Part shown: piece by piece, positions 20,983 through 32,074 of the stretch
How positions within the stretch are numbered: position 1 is the stretch's first letter
How the letters are laid out: every line of letters begins with the position of its first letter
DNA from: Eubacteriales bacterium
GTDB lineage: Bacteria; Bacillota; Clostridia; Oscillospirales; JAAYXM01
Assembly (NCBI GenBank): GCA_045652405.1
Contig: JAZRUF010000005.1
Span: 421-64,420 of the forward strand
Direction of reading: 5' to 3'
Length of the DNA stretch: 64,000 nt
The notes under the pieces: generated by a model
Databases searched by the model: none
Seen by the model: only the letters and a program-made list of their open reading frames with translations
What the model was told of the DNA's origin: nothing
Program-made: the position numbers and the translations under genes

Positions 20983-22875
20983 GTGAAAAAGAGAATTTTT
21001 TCATTGTTTCTTGCAGTTGCAATGATGCTCTCAATTGCGCCGACTTCATCTGCTGCACTTGCACCGGACCATGATGAGATTTTTAAAATTCTGAATGTTT
21101 TAGGTTGGATGACTCCCAATGCACAGGGTAATTTCTACGGTTCTACAGATGTAACACGTGCAGCTCTTGCAAAAATCATTATTACAAGCTCATCCACATA
21201 TCGTGCAACGGTTTCCACTACTCAAAAAACTTCTCCTTTTAAGGATGTTAAATACACATTCTGGGGCGCTCCGTACATAAGCGCTGTCGCTCAAGCCGGA
21301 CTCATGTACGGCTACTCGGACGGCAGCTTTCGCCCAAACAAAGGTGTTCTTTACGAAGAAGCCGTGACCGCTATTCTCCGCGTATTGGGATATGGTGACA
21401 GTGACTACATTGGAAGCTACCCTACCGGTCAGCTTGCCTTTGCAAACGACTTAGAGCTTACAGATGGGATAAGCGCAACGCGCGGACAAATCATATCACG
21501 TTATGATATGTCACGCCTTTTGTATAATGCACTGTCTGTTCCCGCAAAGACGAGTGGCGGTAAAATTTACGCAGAGACCTTAGGTTATAGCCGCTCAACT
21601 GAAATGCTAAGACTTAATGACTTTGTTAAGGACACGGTAAACGGACCTGTCACCTACTTAAATACCTCGATTGAAAGCCTTACAGGTCTTTCTAATCCGA
21701 CTGTGTATATAAACGGAAGCAACAGTACATTAAGCGCAATCAAAGCATACGACGTTATTTATTACAGCAAACAGAGTAATACAATCTGGGTATACACGCA
21801 AAAGGCTACCGGCATACTTGAAGCAATTACACCGAATAAGGAATCCCCCTCTTCCGTAATAATCGGCGGTAAGACATATTCACTTGATTATTCAAAAGCC
21901 AGAACCGCATTCGGGTTGGACGGCTTAGAAACCGGAACGCTTGTAACCGCGCTTTTGGATAAGGACGGAAAGATTTACGACGCTTATGAGGCAGATAAGC
22001 TCTACTCTACTCAACTTGGTATAGTAACTAAGGCGGATACAAAGCAAGTAACACTAAGTGGTGGAATAGTAGAAACGCGTTATTACATAACAGTTCTTCT
22101 GATAAATGGAAATGAGGTTGAAATTGAGCGCGACACAAACTCATCCTCTATGCTCGGAAAGGCGGTTGAAATAAACTACCGCGACGGCAGTGTCACCCCA
22201 CACAATTATTCATCCTTGTCAGCACTTTCCTCCATATCCGGAACAATTAATTCAGAAACTCTCCTTTGGGGCACAAAAACAATACTTTCAAAAGATATAA
22301 AGATACTTGAGATTGACGAATACGGAAACTATACTACGCTAACCTTAAACCGACTTAACGGTGTGTATTTGAAAGGCTCACAAGTCGCCCTATATTCAAA
22401 AAACTCTACCGGAGCCATTGACGGTCTTATCCTTAAAAACGTATGCGGAGACACAGCCGAATTCGGTCACGTTACATCTTCAAACGTTGTAAGCAGCGGC
22501 GGCATGCCGGTAGGGATAAATTATACGTACACGCTCACAACCGGTTCAGGCTCTGGCACGATAGCAGAAATGCTCCCAAGCGCAGATAAAGGTCCTGCCG
22601 CATTCTATTTTAAAAATGGGCAATTGCAGGAAATCCGAAATTTAACACGTATATCCGGTAGGATAAATACATTAAATTACTCATATCTCGAAACCTCCAC
22701 CGGCGCAAAACACCGCATCTCCCCCTCAGTTATCGTTTATAAAGTTGTTTCAGGGACAAGGACACTCACAACAATAGACGAAGCAGTATCCGGAAACTGG
22801 AGTTTAGCCGCATACTATGATGAAGTTCAAAATGACGGCGGTATGGTACGAATGATTTACATTGAGTCAAAATAA
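20983..22875 (+). CDS. SLH-domain cell-wall-anchored protein with unassigned about 430-aa C-terminal region
   Basis: Signal peptide (IFSLFLAVAMMLSIAPTSSA) and SLH repeats (FKDV...FWGAPYISAVAQAGLMYGYSDGSFRPN..VLYEEAVTAILRVLGY). The remainder has no motif I recognise. The GTG at 20983 is 9 nt after GAAAGGG. The track start, TTG at 20974, abuts the RBS. Confidence 0.7.
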   Translation: MKKRIFSLFLAVAMMLSIAPTSSAALAPDHDEIFKILNVLGWMTPNAQGNFYGSTDVTRAALAKIIITSSSTYRATVSTTQKTSPFKDVKYTFWGAPYISAVAQAGLMYGYSDGSFRPNKGVLYEEAVTAILRVLGYGDSDYIGSYPTGQLAFANDLELTDGISATRGQIISRYDMSRLLYNALSVPAKTSGGKIYAETLGYSRSTEMLRLNDFVKDTVNGPVTYLNTSIESLTGLSNPTVYINGSNSTLSAIKAYDVIYYSKQSNTIWVYTQKATGILEAITPNKESPSSVIIGGKTYSLDYSKARTAFGLDGLETGTLVTALLDKDGKIYDAYEADKLYSTQLGIVTKADTKQVTLSGGIVETRYYITVLLINGNEVEIERDTNSSSMLGKAVEINYRDGSVTPHNYSSLSALSSISGTINSETLLWGTKTILSKDIKILEIDEYGNYTTLTLNRLNGVYLKGSQVALYSKNSTGAIDGLILKNVCGDTAEFGHVTSSNVVSSGGMPVGINYTYTLTTGSGSGTIAEMLPSADKGPAAFYFKNGQLQEIRNLTRISGRINTLNYSYLETSTGAKHRISPSVIVYKVVSGTRTLTTIDEAVSGNWSLAAYYDEVQNDGGMVRMIYIESK

Positions 22876-22883
22876 AATACAAT

Positions 22884-22928
22884 AAAGAAATGACCTGCGC
22901 GGATAATTTTCGCACAGGTCATTTCTTT
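22884..22928. terminator. Long bidirectional hairpin terminator between the SLH gene and rpoC
   Basis: 18-bp stem, aaagaaatgacctgcgcg (22884-22901) pairing with cgcacaggtcatttcttt (22911-22928) with one wobble. It starts 9 nt after the SLH stop and ends 1 nt before the rpoC stop codon. Confidence 0.8.
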
Positions 22929-22929
22929 A

Positions 22930-25900
22930 TTATTCAGCTATTACGTCGGCTTCAGAAACCGGTGATACGGTTTCTTCATAGTCACGATAACGCTCCATAC
23001 CCGAACCTGCCGGGATAAGCTTACCAATGATTACATTTTCTTTCAAGCCGAGCAGCGGGTCAATCTTGCCCTTAATCGCTGCATCCGTGAGAACGCGTGT
23101 GGTCTCCTGGAAGGATGCTGCAGACAAGAAAGAATCCGTTGCAAGAGATGCCTTTGTAATACCAAGGAGAATCGGGATGAAGGTCGCTTCGCGCAGGTTT
23201 TCCTCCCCTGCTTCAATGCGTGCTTTGATTTTGTCATTAGCTTCTTCAAACTCAAAGACATCAATCATTGCACCAGTGAGAAGGTCAGTATCACCCGGAT
23301 CATCTACGCGCAGCTTGCGCATCATCTGACGTACAATAACCTCGATATGGCGGTCGTTGATATCAACGCCCTGCTGACGGTAAACACGCTGTACTTCCTG
23401 AATCAGGTAGTTCTGAACCGCAGAGACACCGCGAATACGCAGTACGTCATGCGGGTTGAGTGCACCTTCGGTAAGCTCGCTGCCCGCCTCTACCAAATCG
23501 CCCTCGCGTACTTTGAGTACAGCGCCGAACGGAATCGGGTAATTGCGAACATCGCCTTCCTTTTCATTGGTAACAATAATGGTACGCGGTGCATTCTTCT
23601 TAATCTCATCAAAGCTTACTACGCCGGAGATTTCGCTGAGTATAGAAACCTTCTTCGGCTTTCTGCCCTCGAAGAGTTCTTCAACACGCGGAAGGCCCTG
23701 AGTAATATCGCCACCTGCGACACCACCTGTATGGAAGGTACGCATGGTAAGCTGTGTACCGGGCTCACCGATTGACTGAGCTGCAATAATACCTACAGAC
23801 TCGCCGATATTTACCGTGTCGCTCGTAGCAAGGTTTGCACCGTAGCAGTGTGAACATACGCCGTAGCGCGAGCGGCACTTGAGAACGCTTCTGATTTTTG
23901 CGCGTGTGATACCCGCGGCAAGGATGCGCTTAACGTCTGCATCCTCCATCATGCGGTCAGTATCCATTACAAGGTTTCCGTCAGCATCGTAAAGCGGCTC
24001 TGCCAGGTAACGGCCATTCAAACGATCGCTAAACGGCTCAATGGTCTGGTTTCCGTCTTTAATCTCGTATACTTCGATACCATCATGCGTTCCGCAGTCA
24101 ATATCACGGATGATGACATCCTGTGAAACGTCAACCAGACGACGTGTAAGGTAACCCGAGTCCGCAGTACGCAGCGCGGTATCAGCAAGACCTTTACGCG
24201 CACCACGAGAAGAAATGAAGTACTCAAGTACGGACAGACCTTCGCGGAAGTTAGCCTTAATCGGGATTTCGATGGTCTTACCGGAGGTGTTCGCCATAAG
24301 GCCACGCATACCTGCGAGCTGACGAATCTGGTTCATGGAACCACGAGCACCGGAATGAGCCATCATGAATATCGGATTGTACTTGTCAAGAGCTTTCTCA
24401 AGAGCATTGGTAACGTCTTTTGTGGTCTTGGTCCACTCTTCAACGACTAAGCGATAACGCTCGTCATCGGTAATAAATCCGCGTTTGAACTGCTTTTCAA
24501 TATCGGTAATGCGCTTCTCAGTAGCTGAAATATACTCGTATTTCTCCTTCGGAATAACCATGTCAGAAACAGAGATGGTTATAGCGCCCTGAGTGGAGTA
24601 CTTAAAGCCAAGTGCCTTAAGCTTATCAAGAAGCTCTGCAGTTCTTGTAAAGCCATGCTTGTTGATTGACTTTTCAATAATTTTTCCGAGTTCTTTCTTT
24701 GTAACAAGGAAAGAAACCTCAAGGTCAAATGCATGTTCAGGGTCGTTGCGGTCAACAAATCCCAAATCCTGCGGAATAGGCTCATTGAATATGAGTCGTC
24801 CTGCAGTACAGTTGATGATTCCGGACTTCATAACGCCGTCAATCTCACGTGTAACGCGCATTTTTATCGGAGAATGAATTCCGATAATCTTATCGTTAAG
24901 TGCGAGAAGAACCTCATCATAATCACGGAATACCTTTCCGGTTCCTGCCTCTTCACGCTCAATAGTCAGGTAGTATGAACCCAAAACCATGTCCTGAGAC
25001 GGAACAGTTACAGGATGACCGTCCTGCGGTTTAAGCAGGTTGTTAGCCGAGAGCATAAGGAATCTTGCTTCAGCCTGAGCCTCGGCAGAGAGCGGTACGT
25101 GAACTGCCATCTGGTCGCCGTCAAAGTCAGCGTTATATGCAGTACATACCAGCGGATGGAGCTTTAGGGCTCTTCCTTCTACCAGCACCGGCTCAAATGC
25201 CTGAATACCCAAGCGGTGAAGTGTCGGAGCACGGTTTAAGAGAACCGGATGCTCTTTAATAACAGTTTCCAGAGCATCCCAAACTTCCGGCTTCTGGCGC
25301 TCAACCATTTTCTTCGCGCTCTTTATATTATTAGCGTGGTTGGATTCAACCAACTTTTTCATTACAAAGGGTTTAAAGAGCTCAATCGCCATTTCCTTCG
25401 GCAGACCGCACTGATAAATCTTAAGCTCAGGACCAACAACGATAACCGAACGTCCTGAATAGTCAACACGCTTACCCAAGAGGTTCTGGCGGAAACGGCC
25501 CTGTTTACCCTTAAGTAAATCAGAAAGTGACTTAAGCGCACGGTTGTTAGGCCCGGTTACCGGACGACCGCGACGGCCGTTATCTATAAGTGCGTCAACC
25601 GCTTCCTGAAGCATACGCTTTTCATTGCGCACTATAATATCAGGTGCATTGAGTGCCAACAGACGTTTGAGACGGTTGTTACGGTTGATAACGCGGCGAT
25701 AGAGGTCGTTAAGGTCACTTGTCGCGAAACGGCCACCGTCAAGTTGAACCATAGGACGCAGTTCAGGCGGAATAACCGGAACCTGAGTCATAATCATCCA
25801 CTCAGGACGGTTTCCTGATGCGCGGAACGACTCAACTACTTCTAAGCGCTTAATAATGCGCAGTTTTTTCTGACCTGATGCATCGCGCAGCTCATTGCGA

Positions 25901-26469
25901 AGCTCTTCGCTCAGCTTATCAAGGTCTAACTCTTTGAGGAGTTCATATATTGCTTCAGCACCCATGCCTGCGCGGAAATCATCCTCATACTTGAGAACCT
26001 GGTCGCGGTATTCTTTCTCGGTCAAAATCTGCTTCTTGGTAAGCGGAGTATTGCCCGGATCGATTACGATATAGGATGCAAAATACAAAACTTTTTCAAG
26101 CATTCTCGGTGACATATCAAGTATCAGGCCCATACGTGAAGGAATTCCCTTGAAATACCAGATATGCGATACCGGAGTTGCAAGGGTTATATGTCCCATG
26201 CGCTCACGGCGAACTTTTGCTTTGGTTACTTCAACACCGCAGCGGTCGCACACTTTGCCCTTGTAGCGAATCTTCTTATACTTTCCGCAATGGCATTCCC
26301 AATCCTTCATTGGACCAAAGATACGCTCGCAGAACAGTCCGTCCTTTTCGGGCTTTAATGTGCGGTAGTTAATAGTCTCCGGCTTGAGAACTTCGCCGTG
26401 TGACCATTCAAGAATCATATCCGGCGATGCCAAACCGATTTTTATTGCTTCAAAGGTCGTATAACTCAT
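22930..26469 (-). CDS. rpoC: DNA-directed RNA polymerase subunit beta-prime
   Basis: Zinc-binding [23 protein letters not shown], the catalytic NADFDGDQM motif and full-length colinearity with bacterial RpoC. Confidence 0.98.
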   Translation of the reverse strand: MSYTTFEAIKIGLASPDMILEWSHGEVLKPETINYRTLKPEKDGLFCERIFGPMKDWECHCGKYKKIRYKGKVCDRCGVEVTKAKVRRERMGHITLATPVSHIWYFKGIPSRMGLILDMSPRMLEKVLYFASYIVIDPGNTPLTKKQILTEKEYRDQVLKYEDDFRAGMGAEAIYELLKELDLDKLSEELRNELRDASGQKKLRIIKRLEVVESFRASGNRPEWMIMTQVPVIPPELRPMVQLDGGRFATSDLNDLYRRVINRNNRLKRLLALNAPDIIVRNEKRMLQEAVDALIDNGRRGRPVTGPNNRALKSLSDLLKGKQGRFRQNLLGKRVDYSGRSVIVVGPELKIYQCGLPKEMAIELFKPFVMKKLVESNHANNIKSAKKMVERQKPEVWDALETVIKEHPVLLNRAPTLHRLGIQAFEPVLVEGRALKLHPLVCTAYNADFDGDQMAVHVPLSAEAQAEARFLMLSANNLLKPQDGHPVTVPSQDMVLGSYYLTIEREEAGTGKVFRDYDEVLLALNDKIIGIHSPIKMRVTREIDGVMKSGIINCTAGRLIFNEPIPQDLGFVDRNDPEHAFDLEVSFLVTKKELGKIIEKSINKHGFTRTAELLDKLKALGFKYSTQGAITISVSDMVIPKEKYEYISATEKRITDIEKQFKRGFITDDERYRLVVEEWTKTTKDVTNALEKALDKYNPIFMMAHSGARGSMNQIRQLAGMRGLMANTSGKTIEIPIKANFREGLSVLEYFISSRGARKGLADTALRTADSGYLTRRLVDVSQDVIIRDIDCGTHDGIEVYEIKDGNQTIEPFSDRLNGRYLAEPLYDADGNLVMDTDRMMEDADVKRILAAGITRAKIRSVLKCRSRYGVCSHCYGANLATSDTVNIGESVGIIAAQSIGEPGTQLTMRTFHTGGVAGGDITQGLPRVEELFEGRKPKKVSILSEISGVVSFDEIKKNAPRTIIVTNEKEGDVRNYPIPFGAVLKVREGDLVEAGSELTEGALNPHDVLRIRGVSAVQNYLIQEVQRVYRQQGVDINDRHIEVIVRQMMRKLRVDDPGDTDLLTGAMIDVFEFEEANDKIKARIEAGEENLREATFIPILLGITKASLATDSFLSAASFQETTRVLTDAAIKGKIDPLLGLKENVIIGKLIPAGSGMERYRDYEETVSPVSEADVIAE

Positions 26470-26498
26470 AAAAATCTGCCCTTTCCTTCCATTTTAGT

Positions 26499-29400
26499 TT
26501 ACAATGTGTCTGCAAACAAATCCGCGTCATCCACAAATTCCGCGTCGTCTAAAGACTCTTCGTCCAGAGCATCATCGATAAGATCCAAATCCATGTCATC
26601 TGCCTCATCGTCGATCGGCTCGCCGTTTTCATCCTCAACGGTGTATCCGGCGCTGTCGAGATCTGTGTCCATTACATAGCTTTCATCATCGTGATGGAAC
26701 TTGGCAAATGTATCGTCATCATCGTCGTCCTTAAGCTCAATTTCCTCCATGTCCTTATTGAGAACACGTACATCCAGGCACAGAGACTGAAGCTCTTTAA
26801 CCAGAACCTTAAATGATTCCGGAACACCCGGTTGCGGAACATTGTGGCCTTTAACAATTGCCTCATAGGTCTTAACACGTCCCACGATATCGTCAGACTT
26901 AACTGTAAGAATTTCCTGAAGCGTATAAGCTGCGCCGTACGCTTCAAGTGCCCAAACTTCCATCTCACCGAAGCGCTGACCGCCAAACTGAGCTTTACCG
27001 CCCAACGGCTGCTGCGTTACAAGTGAGTATGGACCGGTTGAACGTGCGTGAATCTTATCATCGACCAAGTGGTGAAGCTTTAAGAAGTAAACATATCCGA
27101 CCGTAACCGGATTGTCAAACGGAAGACCGGTACGTCCGTCATAGAGAACGCTCTTACCATCCGGGCTCAAGCCCGCCTTAACGAGTGTTTTTTCAATATC
27201 TTCCTCGTTTGCGCCGTCAAATACCGGTGTAGCAACCTTCCAGCCGAGGGTCTTTGCAGCGTAACCCAAGTGAACCTCAAGAACCTGACCGATATTCATA
27301 CGTGACGGAACACCCAACGGGTTAAGAACTATATCCAGCGGAGTGCCATCCGGCAAAAACGGCATATCCTCCTGCGGCAGAATGCGTGAAACAACACCCT
27401 TGTTACCGTGGCGACCTGCCATCTTATCACCAATGGAAATCTTTCTCTTACGTGCAATGTAGCAGCGAACTACCATATTTACACCCGGGCTGAGCTCATC
27501 ACCGTTTGCGCGGGTAAACACCTTAACATCGACAATAATACCGCTCTCTCCGTGCGGTACGCGCAGAGAAGTATCGCGAACCTCACGTGCTTTTTCACCG
27601 AATATAGCACGCAATAAGCGCTCTTCCGCGGTAAGCTCGGTTTCGCCCTTCGGAGTTACCTTACCGACGAGTATATCGCCGGAGCGAACCTCAGCACCGA
27701 TACGTATAATTCCGCGCTCATCCAAATCGCGCAGAGCATCTTCGCCGACGTTGGGGATGTCACGCGTAATCTCTTCACAGCCGAGCTTGGTATCACGTGC
27801 TTCGGTTTCGTATTCTTCAATATGGATGGATGAATAAACATCATCACGGACAAGGCGCTCATTGAGAAGAACCGCGTCCTCGTAGTTATATCCTTCCCAG
27901 TTCATATAACCGACAAGAACATTTCGTCCGAGAGAGATTTCACCCTCGCATGTAGACGGACCGTCAGCAATAACGTCGCCGTCTTTTACCCTGTCGCCAG
28001 CCAAAACGATCGGGCGCTGATTGATACAAGTGCCCTGGTTAGAGCGCAGGAACTTCGTCAGATGATAACGGCGAGTCTCACCGTCATCATGCTTTATAAC
28101 AATTTCGTTTGCGGATACCGCGGTAACCAGACCGTCTCCCTCAGCGAGCACGCATACACCTGAGTCAACCGCGATTTTATGCTCCATACCGGTTGCAACA
28201 ACAGGAGCCTCCGGTACAAGAAGCGGAACAGCCTGGCGCTGCATGTTCGAGCCCATCAGCGCGCGGTTTGCGTCGTCGTTTTCAAGGAACGGAATCATAG
28301 ATGTAGCGATTGAGAACATCATACGCGGAGATACGTCAATATAATCAACGCGGTTGCGGTCAACCTCAATAATCTCTTCGCGCATACGGCATGTTACACG
28401 CTCAGCCTTGATGCGGCCTTCTTCGTCAAGCGGCTCATTAGCCTGAGCAACAATAAACTCATCCTCAACGTCAGCCGTCATATAACGAACCTCGTCAGTA
28501 ACCTTGCCGGTTTCCTTATCAATACGGCGATAAGGTGCCTCGATAAATCCATACTCGTTAATTCTTGCGAATGTAGACAAGTATGAAATCAAGCCGATGT
28601 TCGGACCTTCAGGTGTCTCAATCGGGCACATACGACCATAGTGGCTATAGTGAACGTCACGAACCTCAAAGCTTGCGCGCTCACGTGACAGACCACCCGG
28701 ACCAAGTGCTGACATGCGGCGCTTGTGGGTAATCTCTGCCAGCGGGTTGGTCTGATCCATAAACTGGCTGAGCGGTGAAGATCCAAAGAATTCCTTAATC
28801 GCCGCGGTTACCGGGCGAATGTTTATAAGTGACTGCGGGGTGACAACATCCAAATCCTGAATGGTCATGCGCTCACGAATTACGCGCTCCATACGTGCAA
28901 AGCCGATACGGAACTGATTCTGGAGAAGCTCACCTACTGAACGCAGACGGCGGTTTCCGAGATGGTCAATATCATCCGTTGTTCCAACACCGTTTGCAAG
29001 GCAGTTGAGGTAGTTAATAGATGAGAAAATATCATCAATAATGATGTGCTTCGGAATAAGATCATCAATGCGCTCCATAATCTTTTCCTTAAGCTCATCG
29101 CCTGAGAATTCAGCCATGATTTCCTGAAGAACTGAGAACCGAACTTTTTCTTTAATTCCAAGCTCAGCTTCCGGGTCGAAGGAAACAAAATCCTTCATAT
29201 TAACCATGCCATTGCCGAAGACCTTTACCGCCTTGTCGTTTACGTTGAGGACTACCTCGTTTACGCCGCGGGATGCAAGCTCCTGCGCACGTTCACGAGT
29301 GAGAGTCTCACCCTCGTCAGCAATAATTTCGCCGGTAGTGGGGTCAACAACCGGAAGCATAAGGGTCTTCCCTGCAATACGAGTTGCAATGTTAAGCTTC

Positions 29401-30227
29401 TTATTATATTTATAGCGACCTACACTTGACAGGTCATATCTGCGTGCATCAAAGAAAAGGTTGTTAATGAGTGTCTTAGCACCATCGATTGTAGGCGGTT
29501 CACCCGGACGCAGGCGCTTATAGATTTCTATAAGTGCTTCGTCAACAGTTTTGGAAGTATCCTTTTCAAGAGTTGCAACAATGCGCTCATCATCTCCGAA
29601 CAGCTCACGAATCTGCTCGTCGGTTGCAACACCGAGCGCACGAATGAACGACGTAACCGGAAGCTTGCGGTTTTTATCAATTCTTATATAGAAGATGTCA
29701 TTTAAGTCAGTTTCATACTCAAGCCACGCTCCGCGATAAGGAATAACGGTAGAGCTGTAGATTGCAAAATCCGACTTGTCCATCTTAGCTTCAAAATAAA
29801 TTCCGGGAGAGCGGACGATCTGTGAAACAATGACGCGTTCAGCACCGTTGATTACAAAGGTGCCTGTGCGTGTCATTATCGGGAAATCTCCCATGAAGAT
29901 TTCCTGCTCTTTAATCTCCTCGGTCTCTTTGTTACGTAAACGCACCTTTACCTTGAGCGGAGCTGCATAAGTTGCATCGCGCTCTTTGCATTCCTCTACG
30001 GAATACTTGGGCGTATTCTCCAAAGTGTAGTCAACAAAGCTGAGCTCTAAATTACCAGAGTAATCGGTAATAGCATCAACATCGGTGAACACTTCTTTGA
30101 GTCCTGTCTCCAAAAACCACTTGTATGAATTCTTCTGAATTTCAATGAGGTTTGGCATTTCCAGGATTTCGCGAATACGCGCATAGCTTTTTCGCACGGT
30201 TCTGCCGTATTGGACGTCGTTGAACAT
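26499..30227 (-). CDS. rpoB: DNA-directed RNA polymerase subunit beta, with acidic C-terminal extension
   Basis: N-terminus [31 protein letters not shown] matches the Firmicute RpoB N-terminus. The body shows conserved RpoB blocks such as [11 protein letters not shown] place the start at ATG 30227, 11 nt after GGGAG. The track start at 30239 is a GTG overlapping the RBS. Confidence 0.97.
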   Translation of the reverse strand: MFNDVQYGRTVRKSYARIREILEMPNLIEIQKNSYKWFLETGLKEVFTDVDAITDYSGNLELSFVDYTLENTPKYSVEECKERDATYAAPLKVKVRLRNKETEEIKEQEIFMGDFPIMTRTGTFVINGAERVIVSQIVRSPGIYFEAKMDKSDFAIYSSTVIPYRGAWLEYETDLNDIFYIRIDKNRKLPVTSFIRALGVATDEQIRELFGDDERIVATLEKDTSKTVDEALIEIYKRLRPGEPPTIDGAKTLINNLFFDARRYDLSSVGRYKYNKKLNIATRIAGKTLMLPVVDPTTGEIIADEGETLTRERAQELASRGVNEVVLNVNDKAVKVFGNGMVNMKDFVSFDPEAELGIKEKVRFSVLQEIMAEFSGDELKEKIMERIDDLIPKHIIIDDIFSSINYLNCLANGVGTTDDIDHLGNRRLRSVGELLQNQFRIGFARMERVIRERMTIQDLDVVTPQSLINIRPVTAAIKEFFGSSPLSQFMDQTNPLAEITHKRRMSALGPGGLSRERASFEVRDVHYSHYGRMCPIETPEGPNIGLISYLSTFARINEYGFIEAPYRRIDKETGKVTDEVRYMTADVEDEFIVAQANEPLDEEGRIKAERVTCRMREEIIEVDRNRVDYIDVSPRMMFSIATSMIPFLENDDANRALMGSNMQRQAVPLLVPEAPVVATGMEHKIAVDSGVCVLAEGDGLVTAVSANEIVIKHDDGETRRYHLTKFLRSNQGTCINQRPIVLAGDRVKDGDVIADGPSTCEGEISLGRNVLVGYMNWEGYNYEDAVLLNERLVRDDVYSSIHIEEYETEARDTKLGCEEITRDIPNVGEDALRDLDERGIIRIGAEVRSGDILVGKVTPKGETELTAEERLLRAIFGEKAREVRDTSLRVPHGESGIIVDVKVFTRANGDELSPGVNMVVRCYIARKRKISIGDKMAGRHGNKGVVSRILPQEDMPFLPDGTPLDIVLNPLGVPSRMNIGQVLEVHLGYAAKTLGWKVATPVFDGANEEDIEKTLVKAGLSPDGKSVLYDGRTGLPFDNPVTVGYVYFLKLHHLVDDKIHARSTGPYSLVTQQPLGGKAQFGGQRFGEMEVWALEAYGAAYTLQEILTVKSDDIVGRVKTYEAIVKGHNVPQPGVPESFKVLVKELQSLCLDVRVLNKDMEEIELKDDDDDDTFAKFHHDDESYVMDTDLDSAGYTVEDENGEPIDDEADDMDLDLIDDALDEESLDDAEFVDDADLFADTL

Positions 30228-30412
30228 AAAATTCATCACTCCCGTTTATGTTGTTTGTCATCGACATTTTACGTAAGTTATGTTTACTTCTCCAAGCCAT
30301 GGCACACGCGGCTCGGTTGGATATTTCGACTCCCCCCCGCTTGTAATCACCAATAACTGGTGTTATACTATGAAAGAAGAATAGTCTACTTTTCCATTAT
30401 TATTGAGCTTAT

Positions 30413-30442
30413 ATTTTATCATTTTTAAACCACATATGTCAA
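30413..30442 (-). promoter_or_regulatory. Sigma-A-type promoter for rpoBC
   Basis: Minus strand: TTGACA (30442-30437), an 18-nt spacer containing TG, then TAAAAT (30418-30413). This gives TTGACA-N18-TAAAAT with an extended -10 TGa and implies a 5-prime leader of about 175 nt. Confidence 0.55.
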
Positions 30443-30502
30443 CATATATGCAAATTTTCAGCACCTTGCACTATTGCAAGGGCATTTTTTTATCTTTTTT
30501 GT

Positions 30503-30546
30503 GAAAACAAAACACCGAATCGCGTCATATTTTGCGATTCGGTGTT
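30503..30546 (-). terminator. Rho-independent terminator after the amidohydrolase gene, insulating rpoB
   Basis: 13-bp stem, aacaccgaatcgc (30511-30523) pairing with gcgattcggtgtt (30534-30546). The minus-strand RNA continues UUGUUUUC. Confidence 0.75.
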
Positions 30547-30552
30547 TTTTAT

Positions 30553-31341
30553 TTACCATTTTATACCCAAAAGCTCAGTTGCATTGCGATAAAGAATCTT
30601 CTCTCTTTCACTGTCTGACAGTTTAAGCTGTAAAAATGACTGCAATTCTCTTTCGGGATTTCCAAGAGGATAATCAGAACCGAAGAGAACCCTATCCACA
30701 CCATACTGTGAGATATAATACATGGTTTCTTCTCGGCTTTGAAACATCATACTGCTGGATACATCCACGTAGCAATCCGTGTCCTTTAAATTTTCAAGAG
30801 CCTCCTCAAAAAGAGACCATCCGCCAAAATGCGCAGCAATTACCGTAAGCCTTGGGAACATTTCAAGTATACGCTTAATCTTCCTCGGATGCGAATAATC
30901 GTATCGCGGGTCACCGCTGTGGAAAATCACCGGTATATCCCCCTGTATCATGTCGTACATCGGAAACAGTCGCTCATCGTCTATAGAGAATCCCTGCGTG
31001 TCCGGATGCATCTTTATACCGCGCAGTCCCAAAGCTTTTATATTATCCACCTCATCGCATATACCTTCCATCCCTGCGTGAACGGTTCCGAAGCCATAGT
31101 ACTCCTCATGCGCTGCAACCTCAGATGAAACAAACAAATTTATGTTCTTTACCTGGTCTGGCCTAATTGCAACCGGGAGTATCAAAAACTTTTCAATCCC
31201 TGCTCGCTTTCCCACTTCAAGCAGTTCCTTTGAAGTACCAATCAAATCCGACGGCATATTATAAAACTCCCGAACACTCACCGCGGCTTTTTCAGCTATA
31301 CGCTCCGGATAAATATGTGTATGAAAATCAAATACTTTCAT
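30553..31341 (-). CDS. Amidohydrolase_2 (TIM-barrel metal-dependent hydrolase) family protein
   Basis: MKVFDFHTHIYP (HxH metal motif), later ...HPD.Q and GSDYP. The ATG at 31341 is 7 nt after AGGGGA. Confidence 0.7.
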   Translation of the reverse strand: MKVFDFHTHIYPERIAEKAAVSVREFYNMPSDLIGTSKELLEVGKRAGIEKFLILPVAIRPDQVKNINLFVSSEVAAHEEYYGFGTVHAGMEGICDEVDNIKALGLRGIKMHPDTQGFSIDDERLFPMYDMIQGDIPVIFHSGDPRYDYSHPRKIKRILEMFPRLTVIAAHFGGWSLFEEALENLKDTDCYVDVSSSMMFQSREETMYYISQYGVDRVLFGSDYPLGNPERELQSFLQLKLSDSEREKILYRNATELLGIKW

Positions 31342-31408
31342 TAGTATATCCCCTGTCATTGTAAATGGGAGCCGCATGCGCGACTCCCCCCAAAGCTTTT
31401 CTTTATTA

Positions 31409-31438
31409 AGTATAACACAATATTTGCAAATATGTCAA
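31409..31438 (-). promoter_or_regulatory. Sigma-A-type promoter for the amidohydrolase gene
   Basis: Minus strand: TTGACA (31438-31433), an 18-nt spacer, TATACT (31414-31409), with a TGt extended -10. Confidence 0.55.
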
Positions 31439-31458
31439 TTCTTCTGCACATCAACACT

Positions 31459-31995
31459 TCAAGCCTTCACTTGCTTTTTAGCATCGTTTCTGCACCTTAG
31501 AAAATATATTCCCACCGATGCCATATTGAAAACCTCACAGAGGATACCACCGAGTGTAAAGTTAACTACATTGTAAATAAGCCATGACGGTGATGCGAAT
31601 GCAACCTGGAAATATCTTATATGTTTTGCATTTCCCTTATACATGAATACCGTCATAAAAATCAATCCCAAAAATGTCAGGGATGACAAAAAAATCTGCA
31701 ACCAGTCTCCCGCAAGAAGACTTACCGAATAGGCAAAGCACAGGGTAAAGAGTGCATTTATAACAAATACCTTCCATAGCTTTTTGCCATTTTTTGAAAG
31801 CAACGTTCCACGCACCAAACTTGTTAAGTTAAACAGTGCTCCCGGAATTGCCCCAATGAGAAAATAGTTCATCGAAAACAACAGTCCACTCAAAGCCTGC
31901 ATTAAAAAAAGATACTTGTTCTTTTTGCACTGAAACGAGAGTACAGCAACCGTGCACGCAATTATTCCTATAGTCTGAGCAATTATTTCTTTCAT
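31459..31995 (-). CDS. YgjV family inner-membrane protein
   Basis: 178 aa with five to six TM helices. The N-terminus IAQTIGIIACTVAVLSFQCKKNKYLFLMQALSGLLFSMNYFLIGA is typical of the Imp-YgjV family. Confidence 0.65.
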   Translation of the reverse strand: MKEIIAQTIGIIACTVAVLSFQCKKNKYLFLMQALSGLLFSMNYFLIGAIPGALFNLTSLVRGTLLSKNGKKLWKVFVINALFTLCFAYSVSLLAGDWLQIFLSSLTFLGLIFMTVFMYKGNAKHIRYFQVAFASPSWLIYNVVNFTLGGILCEVFNMASVGIYFLRCRNDAKKQVKA

Positions 31996-32028
31996 CTTAT
32001 ATTCCTTAATAAATATTCCATAACATTT

Positions 32029-32062
32029 TCAAAGGAACTCATTTGAACTAATGAGTTCCTTT
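32029..32062 (-). terminator. Perfect 13-bp hairpin downstream of upp (possible terminator, no U-tract)
   Basis: caaaggaactcat (32029-32041) pairs with atgagttcctttg (32050-32062). Neither strand has an adjoining U-run, so terminator function is uncertain. Confidence 0.35.
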
Positions 32063-32074
32063 GAATTATCCACT

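Noticed and set aside
30228-30412. The ~175-nt rpoB leader as a possible riboswitch or ncRNA
   Set aside because: It contains only short hairpins (caccagttattggtg; ccaaccgagcc...ggcttgg) and a G7 run. It resembles no riboswitch class I know, so I report it only as context in the rpoBC finding.
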